A stretch of 64,000 nucleotides of DNA from Octopus sinensis (lineage: Eukaryota): positions 88,598,001 through 88,662,000 of the forward strand of contig NC_043005.1 in NCBI RefSeq assembly GCF_006345805.1, given 5' to 3'. The notes under the pieces are model-generated. The model saw only the letters and a list, made by a program, of their open reading frames with translations, was not told where the DNA came from and ran no database searches. Below, piece after piece: positions 12,510 through 24,587 of the stretch; position 1 is the first letter of the stretch; each line of letters opens with the position of its first letter. Position numbers and translations under genes: made by a program.

Positions 12510-12870
12510 GGAACCAGCTGAAGAAAGCCAACACGCTTGCGGTATTACTACGAGTGATGGCAAGGTTTTGGTGCTGGAACAGTGAAGCACCCTCGCGGAC
12601 ATCACCTAACACCTTGGTAGGACGAGGCGCCAACGATGACAAGAACTTCGTTGTTAGCGGACCATCTTCTCCAAATGTCTTAAATACCGCAAGCTGGAAG
12701 AGATAGTTACCTGTCAAGTCACGATACTTAAGGATTTCATTCCATTCGACTACGGAAGCAATGATCTTCCCATTTACTGCAGCATCCAGGATGTGAAAGG
12801 GAGCAAAGGAGTTGCAGACGGTGACATCCCAGATGAGGCACCTACCTCTTACCCAGAGGACAAAGGGCAG
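12510..12870 (-). mobile_element. Degenerate C-terminal restriction-like endonuclease (RLE) domain of a CRE-like non-LTR retrotransposon
   Basis: W.RGRCLIWDVTVCNSFAP...KY..L...YLF..AVFKTFG..GP...KFL......GDVREGA.LFQ...LAI.R.N.ASVL fits the recalled CRE-clade C-terminus; the RPD motif is absent. Confidence 0.65.
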
Positions 12871-13050
12871 GAGATGGAGGGGAAAGAACGGTCCGAAATA
12901 CTCCCAAAAAATGATTTTTCTAAATTTTGTCGACATAAATATAAACTACACATTCAAAAACGTATCTGAGCGAAGTTTCAGTAAAAAATATAAACTTTTT
13001 GGAAAGTTATGAGAAAACGAAGCGAGAGGTGGAGCATCATTATGTAGATA

Positions 13051-13572
13051 CCATAAATCCTCGAGTATAGTCCACCCTTGAGTATAATACACAGGGGATT
13101 TTTAAGGGGCTGTACCTCTGAAAAACCTAAACCTTGTGAATAATACTCACCCCTTCTCTAACTTGAGTCGTGCATAATTAAACCAGCAGCACCTACTCGA
13201 ACAAACACTTCCGCGTGTGCGTAATACAATAATGGTGATGTTCTTAACTGTTATATGAGAATGTAAATATGCTTGCAAATTGTTTTTCTTACATGTTATT
13301 CTGTGTTCTGAATACTTTTGTTTTAATAAATGTTGCTTACTGCAAGTTATGGATGATTCTTTTATGACTTCATTGCTTTCAGGCTTAGCTTAAGGTATTT
13401 TCGCACCCGACATCACAAAATGCGCCTGAATAAACATTGCCGGGCAGCAAATAGAGACTCGGACATTGCTTAGAAAATAATTTTCCTTTTTAACCTCGTA
13501 TATAGTACGCACTAGAGATTTTGACCTTTAAATTTTGGGGAAAAAATGCGGATTATACTCGAGGATTTACGG
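13051..13572. mobile_element. Tc1/mariner-superfamily (Tc2/pogo-like) MITE
   Basis: TA|CCATAAATCCTCGAGTATAGTCC ... GGATTATACTCGAGGATTTACGG|TA: 23-bp TIR with 2 mismatches and TA TSD. Confidence 0.8.
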
Positions 13573-13720
13573 TATGCCTTTGTACTTAGGCGAGATTTCG
13601 ATTTAATAGAACAGGGTGCGGTAGAGAATCCTCCCCCATTTTAGAGGGCGATTGATGTAACTATGAGTTTAAACAGATGATGATGGTGTTGGTGTTTTCA
13701 GGTAGATATTTTACTAGTTA

Positions 13721-14118
13721 AGCGGTGAGCTGGCAGAAACGTTAGCACACCGGGTGAAATGCTTAGCGGTATTTCGTCTGCCGCTACGTTCTGAGTTCAA
13801 ATTCCGCCGAGGTCGATTTTGCCTTTCATCCTTTCGGGGTCGATTAAATAAGTACCAGTTACTCACTGGGGTCGATGTAATCGACTTAATCCGTTTGTCT
13901 GTCCTTGTTTGTCCTCTCTGTGTTTAATCCCTTGTGGGTAGTAAAGAAATAGGTATTTCGTCTGCCGTTACGTTCCGAGTTCAAATTCCGTCCAGGTCGA
14001 CTTTGCCTTTCATTCTTTCGGAGTCGATAAATTAAGTACCAGTTACGCACTGGGGTCGATCTAATCGACTGGGTCCCTCCCTCAAAATTTCAGGCCTTAT
14101 GCCTAAAGTAGAAAAGAA
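13721..14118 (+). mobile_element. SINE family A, full dimeric form (head-body-tailA-body-tailB)
   Basis: As for 9988-10407. Confidence 0.85.
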
Positions 14119-14560
14119 TATTTTACTAGTTTGTTTATTTGCTCATATCAAGGTTTGGACGGGTGCAGGCTGTGCATTTGGTATTAAAACTTTTATCTGG
14201 TATGATAAATCGAAGTTTTTATCAACTTAAATAATCTTAAAATATTCTATTCAGCCAGCAGAGGAATTTCCAAACTTTATTATTTTTTCTTTCTTTTTTG
14301 TTAAAAGGAATCACACACGTGCGCGCGTACATACAAAACATATATATCAATACCATACATACATGCATACCAAACACACACACACACACACACAGAGTCA
14401 CTAAGAAAAAGTCTCTACCTGGTTTTTCTACCAGCAAGAAATAGCAGCCAAAGCTCCCTCAGATCACATCCTATTTTGTTTTAACAAAAATATGTTGCTT
14501 GAGAAACTGTTAAAAATATAGGATGGTCACGTTTGGAATGCTTTAGATAACTGATCTGTT

Positions 14561-14817
14561 TATTATTTACATTTGATAGATATTTGTCCTCGTCTTGTTT
14601 GTTGTTAACACAATGTTTTGGCTGATATAACCTCCAGCCTTCATCGGGTGTCTTGAGGAAATTTCAAACCTGGGTTCTCATTCCTAAGGACTTTTTCGAT
14701 GTTATTGTTATTATTATTATTATTATTGCTATTATTATTATTCAGGTCACTGCCTGGAATCGAACTTGGAATCTTGGAGTTAGTAGCCCGCGCTCTTAAC
14801 TACTACGCCATATACCC
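14561..14817 (-). mobile_element. tRNA-headed SINE carrying a degenerate minimal hammerhead (family H)
   Basis: Head GGGTATATGGCGTAGTAGTTAAGAGCGCGGGCTACTAAC...AAGTTCGATTCC, then (AAT)n, then GACACCCGATGAAGGCTGG...CAGCCAAAACATTGTGTT with a mutated core. Confidence 0.75.
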
Positions 14818-14934
14818 TTGGGCATTGGTCACTTGTTCAAACAGAAGTGATCTAAAGACCAACAACAACTACTACTACTACTACTGCTACTGCTGCTGCT
14901 GCTGCTGGTGCTCGTTTGTTTGTTTGTTTGTTTG

Positions 14935-15319
14935 TAGAGCTAAGCGATCTTCGTCCCAGAGCTCGCAAGATCGCGCCTCTGTAGTGGGAGAAGTCAGAAA
15001 CATGGTCCTTTGCTATTCGTAAGACCCGCAGAAGAGAAAGCAGGTCAACCCCCGACACCGAGAGCATCGACAGATGGATGAATGCGCATCCAGGCTCAGC
15101 AGATGCGTAGGTAAGTTGGGGACAACAATCAGGAAGAAAGAGTGAGAGAAAGTTGGGGCAAAAGAGTACAACAGAGGTTGTCCCCCCCTCTGCCGAAGCC
15201 TCGTAGAGCTTTAGGTGTTTTCGCTCAATAAACACACGCAACGCCCGGTCTGGGAATCGAAACCGCGATCCTCCGACCGCGAGTCCGCTGCCCTAACCAC
15301 TGGGCCATTGTGCCTCCAC
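14935..15319 (-). mobile_element. CpG-rich tRNA-derived SINE (family D) with (CAAA)n tail
   Basis: Head GTGGAGGCACAATGGCCCAGTGGTTAGGGCAGCGG...GGTTTCGATTCCC (A/B boxes); tail at 14914-14934; single copy in the window. Confidence 0.7.
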
Positions 15320-15453
15320 TGCTGCTGCTGTTGGTGCTGCTGCTAAGATTATTCTAAGAACTTATACTTATCAAGTTAAAAGTAAAATCAAAGAATATAA
15401 GATAGAAAATTCAGTTCCTGTTGCACACATCACAAGTGCGCATGTTCATATAC

Positions 15454-15560
<107 letters not shown>

Positions 15561-16244
15561 TATATACACACATACACACGCTTACATACATTTACGCACA
15601 CATACACGTTAAATGCGTCGAGAAAAATGCCTTTTCGGTATTCATTTCTTCTCTTTACGTTGTGAGTTCAAATCCCGTGGATATCAACTCCATCTTTCAA
15701 CCCTTCGGGGGTCGATAACATTCAGTACCAGTCCAGTGCTGGAGTCGAGAATATTGACTGCCCACCCCTCAGAATTTGTTCTTGACCCCCTGTTCTTAGT
15801 CAGTTGTGCGTGGTCGAACTTATTAAATGACTTACTTCACTCGGGCTGCGGCCATTTGTACGTAGTTAACTCCCCCTTAGGGGCAGGTACTACAGTGAAT
15901 TTACACAGATTTACACAAAAGCAAGGAAACCTCAACGTCATCATTTGAATTGCTAGAAACAGCAGCCAAGTCTTCTATTTCACATAATCCTGTCTTAGAA
16001 ATAAGGAGGACAAGTTTTACATATTAGATAAGCATGTAAGAGATTTCCTATTAGAAATTCCTCAAAGTGAGAAATTGAATAATACTGCATTATTTAAATT
16101 CTCTGTTCGAAAACTTTCTTATTTTTCTTACATGTCTAAAGTGATAAACTTCATAATTCCTATTAGCAAACGAAACACGTGTAATGGTGAATAAATAAAT
16201 AATACCAATAATTTTCCAATTTCTTGTATAAAAAAACACACACA

Positions 16245-16622
16245 CTGTGGCCATGGTGGAGCACCGCCTCTAGTCGAACAAATTGACCCCAGGGCTTATT
16301 CTTTGTAAGCCTAGTTCTTATTCTATCGGTCTGTTCTGCCGAACCACTAAGTTATGGAGACGTAAACACACCAACATCAGTTATCAAGCGATGGTAGGGT
16401 TCAAACACAGACACACAAACAAACGCACGCACGCACGCACAGACACACACACACACATATGACAGGCTTCTTTCAGTTTCCATGTACCAAATCCACTCAC
16501 AAGGCTTTGGTCACCCCGTCCCTATAGTAGAAGACACTTGCTCAGGGTTCCACACAGTGGGACTGAACCCAGAACCATGTGGTTGGGAAGCAAACTTCTC
16601 ACCACACAGCCACGCATGCGCC
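16245..16622 (-). mobile_element. tRNA-derived SINE family B
   Basis: Reverse complement of the 20295-20678 element. Confidence 0.8.
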
Positions 16623-16737
16623 TATATGTTAGTCCAAGTTCGTTTCAAGACGGAGCTATCTTGGCGTGTAATCTACAAGAGAGATACTTAAGGTTACTTT
16701 TCATTTTCATGCTATTTTAATTATAAGAAAACCGTAT

Positions 16738-16740
<3 letters not shown>

Positions 16741-16805
<65 letters not shown>

Positions 16806-17275
16806 AATTATTGTATACAGTGCTCAGGTGCATCACAACTTGTCAAAAGTGCATATAAAGCATATGCAGTAATGTACAAATGTCTGGAAAGTGAACAGCG
16901 TATGAGTCAGATAGATGCTTGCGTGTGTATGGAGGGGAGAAAATCAGGTGTAGTATTGGCGAATGTCAGGAAGCATGGAAGTTTTGAAGGATGCAGTGCT
17001 CCGACAACTAACAACTGGTGTCGGCAGTTTGTTCGATGCTTCAGCAACTTTTAGTGTGAAAAAATGTTCCCGAAAGTCATGGGAGCTGTGCTGTTTTCTG
17101 ACTTTGTAAACATGTCCACGGGTGTTAGACAGATGGAGTTTGAAAAAGTGCTCAGAGTTATTGTTGTAAGATGGTTAATAATTTTATGGGTGTCTGCCAA
17201 GTCAGCTGCCAGACGTCGGAGTTTCAGTGTATCCATGCCCAGGGAAGTAAGGCATTCAGAATATGGCAATCTCCT
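16741..17275 (-). mobile_element. 5'-truncated CR1-type LINE (end of ORF2, 3' UTR, (TAA)n tail)
   Basis: Translation across frameshifts: PYSECLTSLGMDTLKLRRLAADL..HKII...FFKLHLSNTRGHVYKVRKQ...RKHFFTLKVAEA.NKLP..VV..STASFK, typical of the CR1 ORF2 C-terminus. Confidence 0.85.
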
Positions 17276-18788
17276 TTTAAATTTTAGACCATACACTAAA
17301 GTGGCACCTTTCTTTTTATTAAGAAATGACGGGAATTTAGTGTTGGTTTCCTGTAAAAATGCATCTGCCTTCGTCTCGTCGCCGATCACATTGTAAAAAC
17401 CTTTAGCCAACATTTTACGGATTTTTTGAAATTGAAGGGTAAACTCAAAGGTAACCTAAAGTAATTTCCTTTGTAGATCAAACGCCAAAGTAGCACCGCG
17501 TAGACAAAATGGGAAACCTTAATATTTTTGTCTAAATCTAAAAGTGTTGAATGGATCAAATACCGTACAAAATGCACTTTTCTATGTACAACGTTTGGCC
17601 TCCCATACACTAACTCTTTTTCCTGAATACGCATTGCTGAAATTGGATGCGTCTAATATGATTTTGCGTCTGTTATGCCACAAAGTACAGTATAAAACAA
17701 TAAACATTTATTGGAAATAACTTCGTAAGAATTTCTTATTGCTAAGGATGTTAATAATTTAGGTTCTTTTACGCCATATATGTCCGAGACTGAGATACCT
17801 CAATGCAGGATATAATATTTAACACTGAAGTAGAAGAAGTCTTCGTTGTTGGGGTCAGAAAGAAATTTTAACGATTGTGGTTAATCTCAAAAATTAATAT
17901 TTTTTAATTTAAAATACTTGGGAAATCGTTAAGCAAGGGAGATAACTCTTCATCCAATTATGTAAGAGTTATGTCCTCTGACAGTTAATATTTACTGTGG
18001 TTAAGAAAATCCGTCTGTCGCATGGCTCTGGGCGAAGTGTAGCCGTATTTCGTTTGCCGCTACGTTGTGAGTTCAAATTCCGCCGAGGTCGACTTTGCCT
18101 TTCATCCTTTCGGGGTCGATAAATTAAGTACCAGTTACTCACTGGGGTAGATGTAATCGACTGTCCTTGTTTGTCCCCTCTATGTTTAGCCCCTTGTGGG
18201 CAATAAAGAAATATCTTATATTATGTCAGTGTGCGTGTGTGCGTGTGGGCTTTAAATGACTTCTCACTCTCTTTTTACTCTTTTACTCGTTTCAGTCATT
18301 TGACTGCGGCCATGCTGAAGCACCGCCTTTTGTCGAGCAAATCGACCCCAGGACTTATTCTTTGTAAGCCTAGTACTTAATCTATCGTTTTTTTAACAAA
18401 TCGCTAGTGTCGCAAATTGGTGGCGGCCTGGTTAAAAGATTGTTAGAGACAGAAAAAGCAGCATTGGTCCTGAATAACAATAAGTACGAATGTTCCAGCT
18501 TCTTGATACATCACATCTTTGCAAGAATGGTGGCTAGGATCATGGATCTTTGCTACTGGATATCTTCTGGGCATTGCTTCCATGGCTACGGGAGATGTGG
18601 ATGGAAAATGAAGACGTTTAGTGTTTGATAAGCACACGAGTATACCAGCAGCAGCGGAATGCCTTAGTGTTGTGAATTTCTACAAGATGCTATTTTGAAC
18701 TGTTTCTATCGCTAATAATAATAATGGTAGTAGTAGTAATAGTAGTAGTAGTAGTAGTAGTAGTAGTAACAACAACAACAACAATAAC

Positions 18789-18829
<41 letters not shown>

Positions 18830-18831
<2 letters not shown>

Positions 18832-19388
18832 GTCCTGATGCAGTACCAGGTGGTGGGTCTCGTGGCTTCAGATCTTAACTGACCGGAAGTGTTATCATGT
18901 ACATTGTTTTGTCTTGGTATAAAAGATGGGCTACAGCAAATATTCTGCTCAATACCACAGATTTACTTGTCAGTTGTTTGACCTTAACCAGTTGATCATG
19001 TCCCTTAGTGGCTGACGATATGTGCATCTCTGATCACGAGCAGAAGTAGTGGGGGAGCATCATAGCCATGTGTTGAGAGGGATTCTTTGGGGTTTGAATA
19101 ATTAACCTCTGGAAAGATGGGTGTTTCGTTCAACATCTTTAAACAACCCTTATTCAGGGACCTTTTGAGCGAGATGGGTTACTTGACCAGAAGAAAATTC
19201 TAACTGGGCCCCACCTGCAAGGTCATGTGCTGTTTATCTTGATATGAGATCACCATGTCGCGCACATATGGTTGTGATGCATGTGTCTGATGTACTCTTA
19301 TCAGACGGGTAGTCATGATGGGTATACTGGGCTTCGTATATTTTACCCCAGTGTCACTTTGATTGCATGCACTGCTCTCTCACTCAAT
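18830..19388. mobile_element. ~560-bp (AAT)n-flanked repeat, copy 2
   Basis: Colinear with 2169-2727. Confidence 0.7.
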
Positions 19389-19926
19389 AATAATATTAAT
19401 AAAAGATTTGGAAATAGAGGTAACTACTTTCAAAATACAAAGATTTGCAAAAAGAGTTAACTCGAATATGGAGCCTAAGAACAGAAACAAATCCTATTAT
19501 AAGTAGGCGCATTGGGTATGATAAATAAATAAAAAGACATTCAGACAAAATACATAATAAAAACACCAGGACTAACAAGTATGTATAGCATACAAAAAAA
19601 TTCACTACTAGGCACCGCACACATCCTAAAACACTATCAATACAGTGAGAATCACAATAAACCACAGCAGATACCCAAGGTATACAGAACTGCGTTCAGT
19701 AGTGCAGTGAAAGCACGTGATAAAAAATAAAGACTACCGAAAAAGAAAAAGAAGATTTGCAGGATGGTCCGTTGAAATGTGTTGTGGGTTCGAAATGTCC
19801 CGATCAGACATTACTTTCTTCCTTTAATCGATTTGGAAGAGATACATAAATCATCAACTGCTATTGCTGACACCAGATGTAAGGGAGATAACTGTTCTAC
19901 ACTGTTTTCATAACATCTCTTTCTAT

Positions 19927-20170
19927 TCTATATATAAAACCGAAGTTGTCTGTGTATGGCAGGTTTGGTAGCCTTCAACTAACGCTATCTCCTCCGAGAC
20001 CCTGCGGCGCAAGTTGTCCAAAATTGAGAGTATGATAGAAGAAGGCTTGCTCTTCAAATCGGACCATGTTAACACCAAAAATTATTTACATAAAAAAGCT
20101 GCTTCTTTTTCTATGAACATCCCTATTTTTTCACGATTTTTTGACTGCCGTGTCGCCATTTTTCGGTGTA
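19927..20170 (+). mobile_element. Helitron-like 5' fragment
   Basis: Starts TCTATATATAAAACCGAAGTTGTCTG, similar to the 5' ends at 24587(-) and 46770(-); no 3' CTAG found; right end uncertain. Confidence 0.4.
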
Positions 20171-20294
20171 TTTCAATCAGAAAAATGTGGATGTGAACTG
20201 ATGATGATGAAGATAGTTCATATAATCTATTTTCCTTATGAATCCCCTGAAAAGGATACAAAATCTGTATAGCCCTTCCACCAATATATACATA

Positions 20295-20678
20295 GGCGCA
20301 GGAGTGGCTGTGTGGTAAGTAGCTTGTTTACCAACCACGTGGTCCCGGGTTCAGTCCCACTGCGTGGCACCTTGAGCAAGTGTCTTCTACTATAGCCTCG
20401 GGCCGACCAAAGCCTTGTGAGTGGATTTGGTAGACGGAAAGTGAAAGAAGCCCGTCGTATATATGTATATATATGCGTGTGTCTGTGTTTGTCCCCCTAG
20501 CATTGCTTGACAACCGATGCTGGTGTGTTTATGTCCCCGTTACCTAGCGGTTCGGCAAAAGAGACCGATAGAATAAGTACTGGGCTTACAAAAGAATAAG
20601 TTCCGGGGTCGAGTTGCTCGATTAAAGGCGGTGCTCCAGCATGGCCGCAGTCAAATGACTGAAACAAGTAAAAGAGTA
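20295..20678 (+). mobile_element. tRNA-derived SINE family B, full length
   Basis: GGCGCAGGAGTGGCTGTGTGGTAAG...GGGTTCAGTCCC (A/B boxes), central CCTTGAGCAAGTGTCTTC, internal (TA)/(TG) tract, 3' ...CAAATGACTGAAACAAGTAAAAGAG; many copies (30000, 39085, 40870, 57745). Confidence 0.85.
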
Positions 20679-21018
20679 TATGTAAGTCTGCTTGTGTATG
20701 TGTGTGAGACAAATTAGACCTTTGTAATCTGGGAAACATAAGAAGTTATGGCAAACTGGACTCAAACGTAATGAATTAAATACCAACGAAAACAAAACAG
20801 AAATCTTTTTTCCAGTAAGTAAAAAATAAAGTCTTTATTATGCATAAAACCTCAGGCTGTAGATCGAGTTAAACATCTTGTCTAAAGACAAGATGTTTGT
20901 TCTTAGACTTGCAGTGGGATTTGAACTCGTGCTTCTCTTTTTCTGTCCCATCCCTTGTATGTCCAGCACTTTGTTGCCACCATCTCAATCCTGCTGTCTC
21001 CCACTCTCTCGTTTCTTA

Positions 21019-21257
21019 TATTATTTACATTTGACGGATATTTGTCCTCATCTTGTTTGTTGTTAACACAACATTTCGGTTGATATACCTTCCAGCCTTC
21101 ATCAGGTGTCTTGGGGAAATTTCAAACCTGGGTTCTCATTCCTAAAGTATTTTTCGATGTTATTATTATTATTATTATTATTCAGGTCACTGCCTGGAAT
21201 CGAACTTGGAATCTTGGGGTTAGTAGCCTGCACTCTTAACCACTATGCCATATGCCC
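21019..21257 (-). mobile_element. Family H SINE (tRNA head plus partly decayed minimal hammerhead)
   Basis: Head 21183-21257; HHR region 21064-21110 reads GACACCTGATGAAGGCTGGAAGGTATATCAACCGAAATGTTGTGTT on the minus strand. Confidence 0.8.
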
Positions 21258-21309
21258 GTGAGCAGCAGCAGCAGCAGCAGCAGGCAGCATCATCATCATC
21301 ATCATCCCC

Positions 21310-21441
21310 CCCCAAGACACCTGATAAAGGCTGGGGGGTATTTCAGCCAAAACGTTGCGTTAACAACAAACAAGGTGAGGACAAATATCCGTCAAATGTA
21401 AATAATGTACATAATTCCTCATCTCTTAAATATAGAACTGT
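21310..21441 (+). mobile_element. Family H 3' half, inverted relative to 21019-21257
   Basis: CCCAAGACACCTGATAAAGGCTGG...CAGCCAAAACGTTGCGTTAAC...AATATAGAACTGT. Confidence 0.75.
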
Positions 21442-21746
21442 ACTCTCTTTTCTTCTCCTGCACTTCCCTCAGGTTGGGGAATCACATGTCCCCTTTATGG
21501 AGCACCCCTGTTTCTTTCTTCATCACCAGTCTCTCTCTCTCTGGCCAGGTAACCTTGTACCTCCTCTAGCAAATAAAAACATGGCATATGTACAAGTGTG
21601 CGAACACATGCACATACATGTATATATACATGTATGGACGTGCATGTGGATATAAATTTATGTGTATGTATGTATGTGTATATATATGTATATGCGTACG
21701 TAGATTTGTATATGTATACACACATATGTGTGTGTGTGTTTTTATG

Positions 21747-21790
<44 letters not shown>

Positions 21791-24359
21791 GATGCAGTGG
21801 TGGGAAGCTTGCTTTCCGACCACATAGTTCTGGGTTCAGTCCCACTGCTTGATACCTTAAGTGAGTGTCTTCTACAGCTTGTTTCTGTCTCTCTGTTTTA
21901 CTATAGCCTCTAATCATCTGACACAAGATCACATCCTCCAATACCCCTTCCCCTTTTAAAAGATTTTTGTCTTGCAGGTTACTTGGTCAGTACAGGCATC
22001 ACTTAAAATGCATCTGGCCCACACTGTATAGTGGTTGGCATCCAGCTGTAAAAACCTTGCCAAAACTGACCTCACCTGTGCTTGTATCTATTTCTTTACT
22101 ACCCACAAGGGACTAAACACAAAGGGGACAAACAACAACAGACAAACGGATTAAGTCGATTATATCGACTCCAGTGTGTAACTGGTACTTATTTAATCAA
22201 CCCTGAAAGGTTGAAAGGCAAAGTTGACCTCAGCGGAATTTGAACTCAGAATGTAGCGGCAGACAAAATACCGCTAGGCATTCTGTCTGGCCTGCTAATG
22301 TTTCTTCCATCTGGTACCACATAAAAAGTACTCAGTCCACTTTACTGGGTGGGTAGTTGTTGTTAGGAAGGGCATCCAGCTGTAAAAACCCTGCCAAACT
22401 AGACACAAAAGTCAAGTGCAGGCTTCCACCTGGCCAGCTCCTGTCAAACTGTCCCACCCATGCCAGCATGGAAAGCAGACATTAACCGATTATGATGATG
22501 ACTGCCGAGTGTTGTGTTGTACAAGTGAGATTATAGTTCACAAAGCAATTGCTATGGTTACCCCTGTAAGGAGGAGGGAGGAAGTAGATGATGATAATAA
22601 ACTGGCACATGTCTGCAGATACCTGACCAGCAAGAGGAAGCGGCTGACCTCCCCTGTTCGAAGGTTAGAATGAACACAGGTTTATGTGTCACATAGCTAG
22701 CTAGAGGTGATGTCCTCTTGGAGCTAATCAACAGCAGCTTAAGTCTTATATTTATGAACTGCCATATTAGCTTGGCGATAACTGTTAATTTCCAGTACCG
22801 CTGCCGTAGTCTCCTTTAGAGAGACTTAGAAATTTTAATATTTGTATATATATATATATATAATGTATATATATCATCCTCATTGTTTAATGTCCACCTT
22901 CTGTGCTGGCCTGGGTGAGATGGTTTGACAGGAGCCGATCAGGCCAAAGCCTGCACCAGACGTCTGTGACTGTTTTGGCAGGATTTCTACAGCTGGGTGC
23001 CCTTCCTAACACCAACCACTCAGCAGAGTGGACCTAGTGCTTTGTACGTGGCACAAGCACAGGCGAGGTCAGTTTTGGCAAGGTTTTTACAACTGGATGC
23101 CCTTCCAAATGTCAACCTTGTTACAGTGTGGACTGGGTGCTTTTAAGTGGCACCTAAACTGACCGGGTCACCAAGTAACTTGCAACTAAAGAAACAAAAA
23201 ACTCTTGTAGGATAAATGGCAACTCCCAAACTCACCAAGTATAGTGGTGATCACAGTATTTATTTCTTTATTGCCCATAGAGGGCTAAACATAGAGGGGA
23301 CAAACAAGGTCAGACAAACGGATTAAGTCGATTATATCGATACCAGTGTGTAACTGGTACTTATTTAATTGACCCCCCGAAAGGATGAAAGGCAAAGTTG
23401 ACCTTGGCGGAATTTGAACTCAGAACGTAACAGCAGATGAAATACTGCCAGGCATTTCGCCCAGCGATCACAGTATTGGCTATAGATGGTCACAGTCCAT
23501 TGAATGAAACAAAAAGTGAAAGAGAACAAAAGAAAACAAATGAAAAAAAAAAAAACAGACTGAAGGGAATATTGTTAATGGTGTTTCCGTTTGAAGTGTT
23601 TTGGCTTCAAAAATGAATTTCAAAGAACTCAATGAAACCAAATAAATAAACAGAATAAAAATAAAACAGACATAAACACATAAAATAAAATAAAAACAAA
23701 AATAGAATAGAGAAGTTGATGATGATGATGAAGGGCAGAATGCTGTAAAATAATACAGGGTGGGCCAAAAGTTGTGCACATAAGTTCAATACACAGCAGA
23801 ATTGTCAGACATGTTTCAATTTTTCTAGAATTGAATAAAATAAAATAAAATAATAATGAATGCTCACACATTTGTACATGAGGAGCAAAATTAATAATAA
23901 TAATAATAATCAGAAGGTAACATAAATAAAATATCAAATGTTTTGGTGCATGACTTTTGGCCCTTGCAGTACTTAAAACTGCCCTATAACTGATGTTATT
24001 GAATTTCAAGCACAAGCCACTTGATGGGCTTCCTTACAGTTTCCACTGACCCAATTTAATTCAGAAAGTATAGGTTGATCTCAAGCTATAGAAAATGACA
24101 TTTGGCCAAAATGCTGTGCAGAGGGATTGAACCTGGGCACCTTGTGGTTGTGAAGTGAACTTTTTAACCATTTGACCATACAATGCTTACACACACGTAT
24201 ATATAAATTAGGTGCTGGCATGGCTGTGCAGTTAAGAAGCTCGCTTCCCAAGCACATTGTTCCAGGTTCAGTCCCACTGCATGACACCTTGGGCAAGTGT
24301 CTTCGGCTACAGCCTCAGGACAACTAATGCCTTGTAAACATATCTAGTAGACATTTTTA

Positions 24360-24587
24360 GAGAGTTACTTCCCTTATATAATAGCGAAAAAAATGCATTA
24401 AAATGGAAAAAATGATGGTAAATTTTTTTTTAAATCGTAGACGCGCGCTAATACCCAGAAGGGCTCAATATGAATCACGACTATAAGATACCCGGTTTTG
24501 GTTAAACTGCACCGCAAAATGTGGGAGTAGTTAGGAATCTAAATCGTAGGAGACAGACACACAACTTCACTTTTATATATATGAAGA
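24360..24587 (-). mobile_element. Helitron-like 5' fragment
   Basis: A|TCTTCATATATATAAAAGTGAAGTTGTGTG start on the minus strand; left end uncertain. Confidence 0.35.

Noticed and set aside
21183-21257. Functional tRNA gene (also 15250-15319 and other SINE heads)
   Set aside because: The acceptor stem cannot be closed and the head runs into SINE body sequence; the copies are diverged
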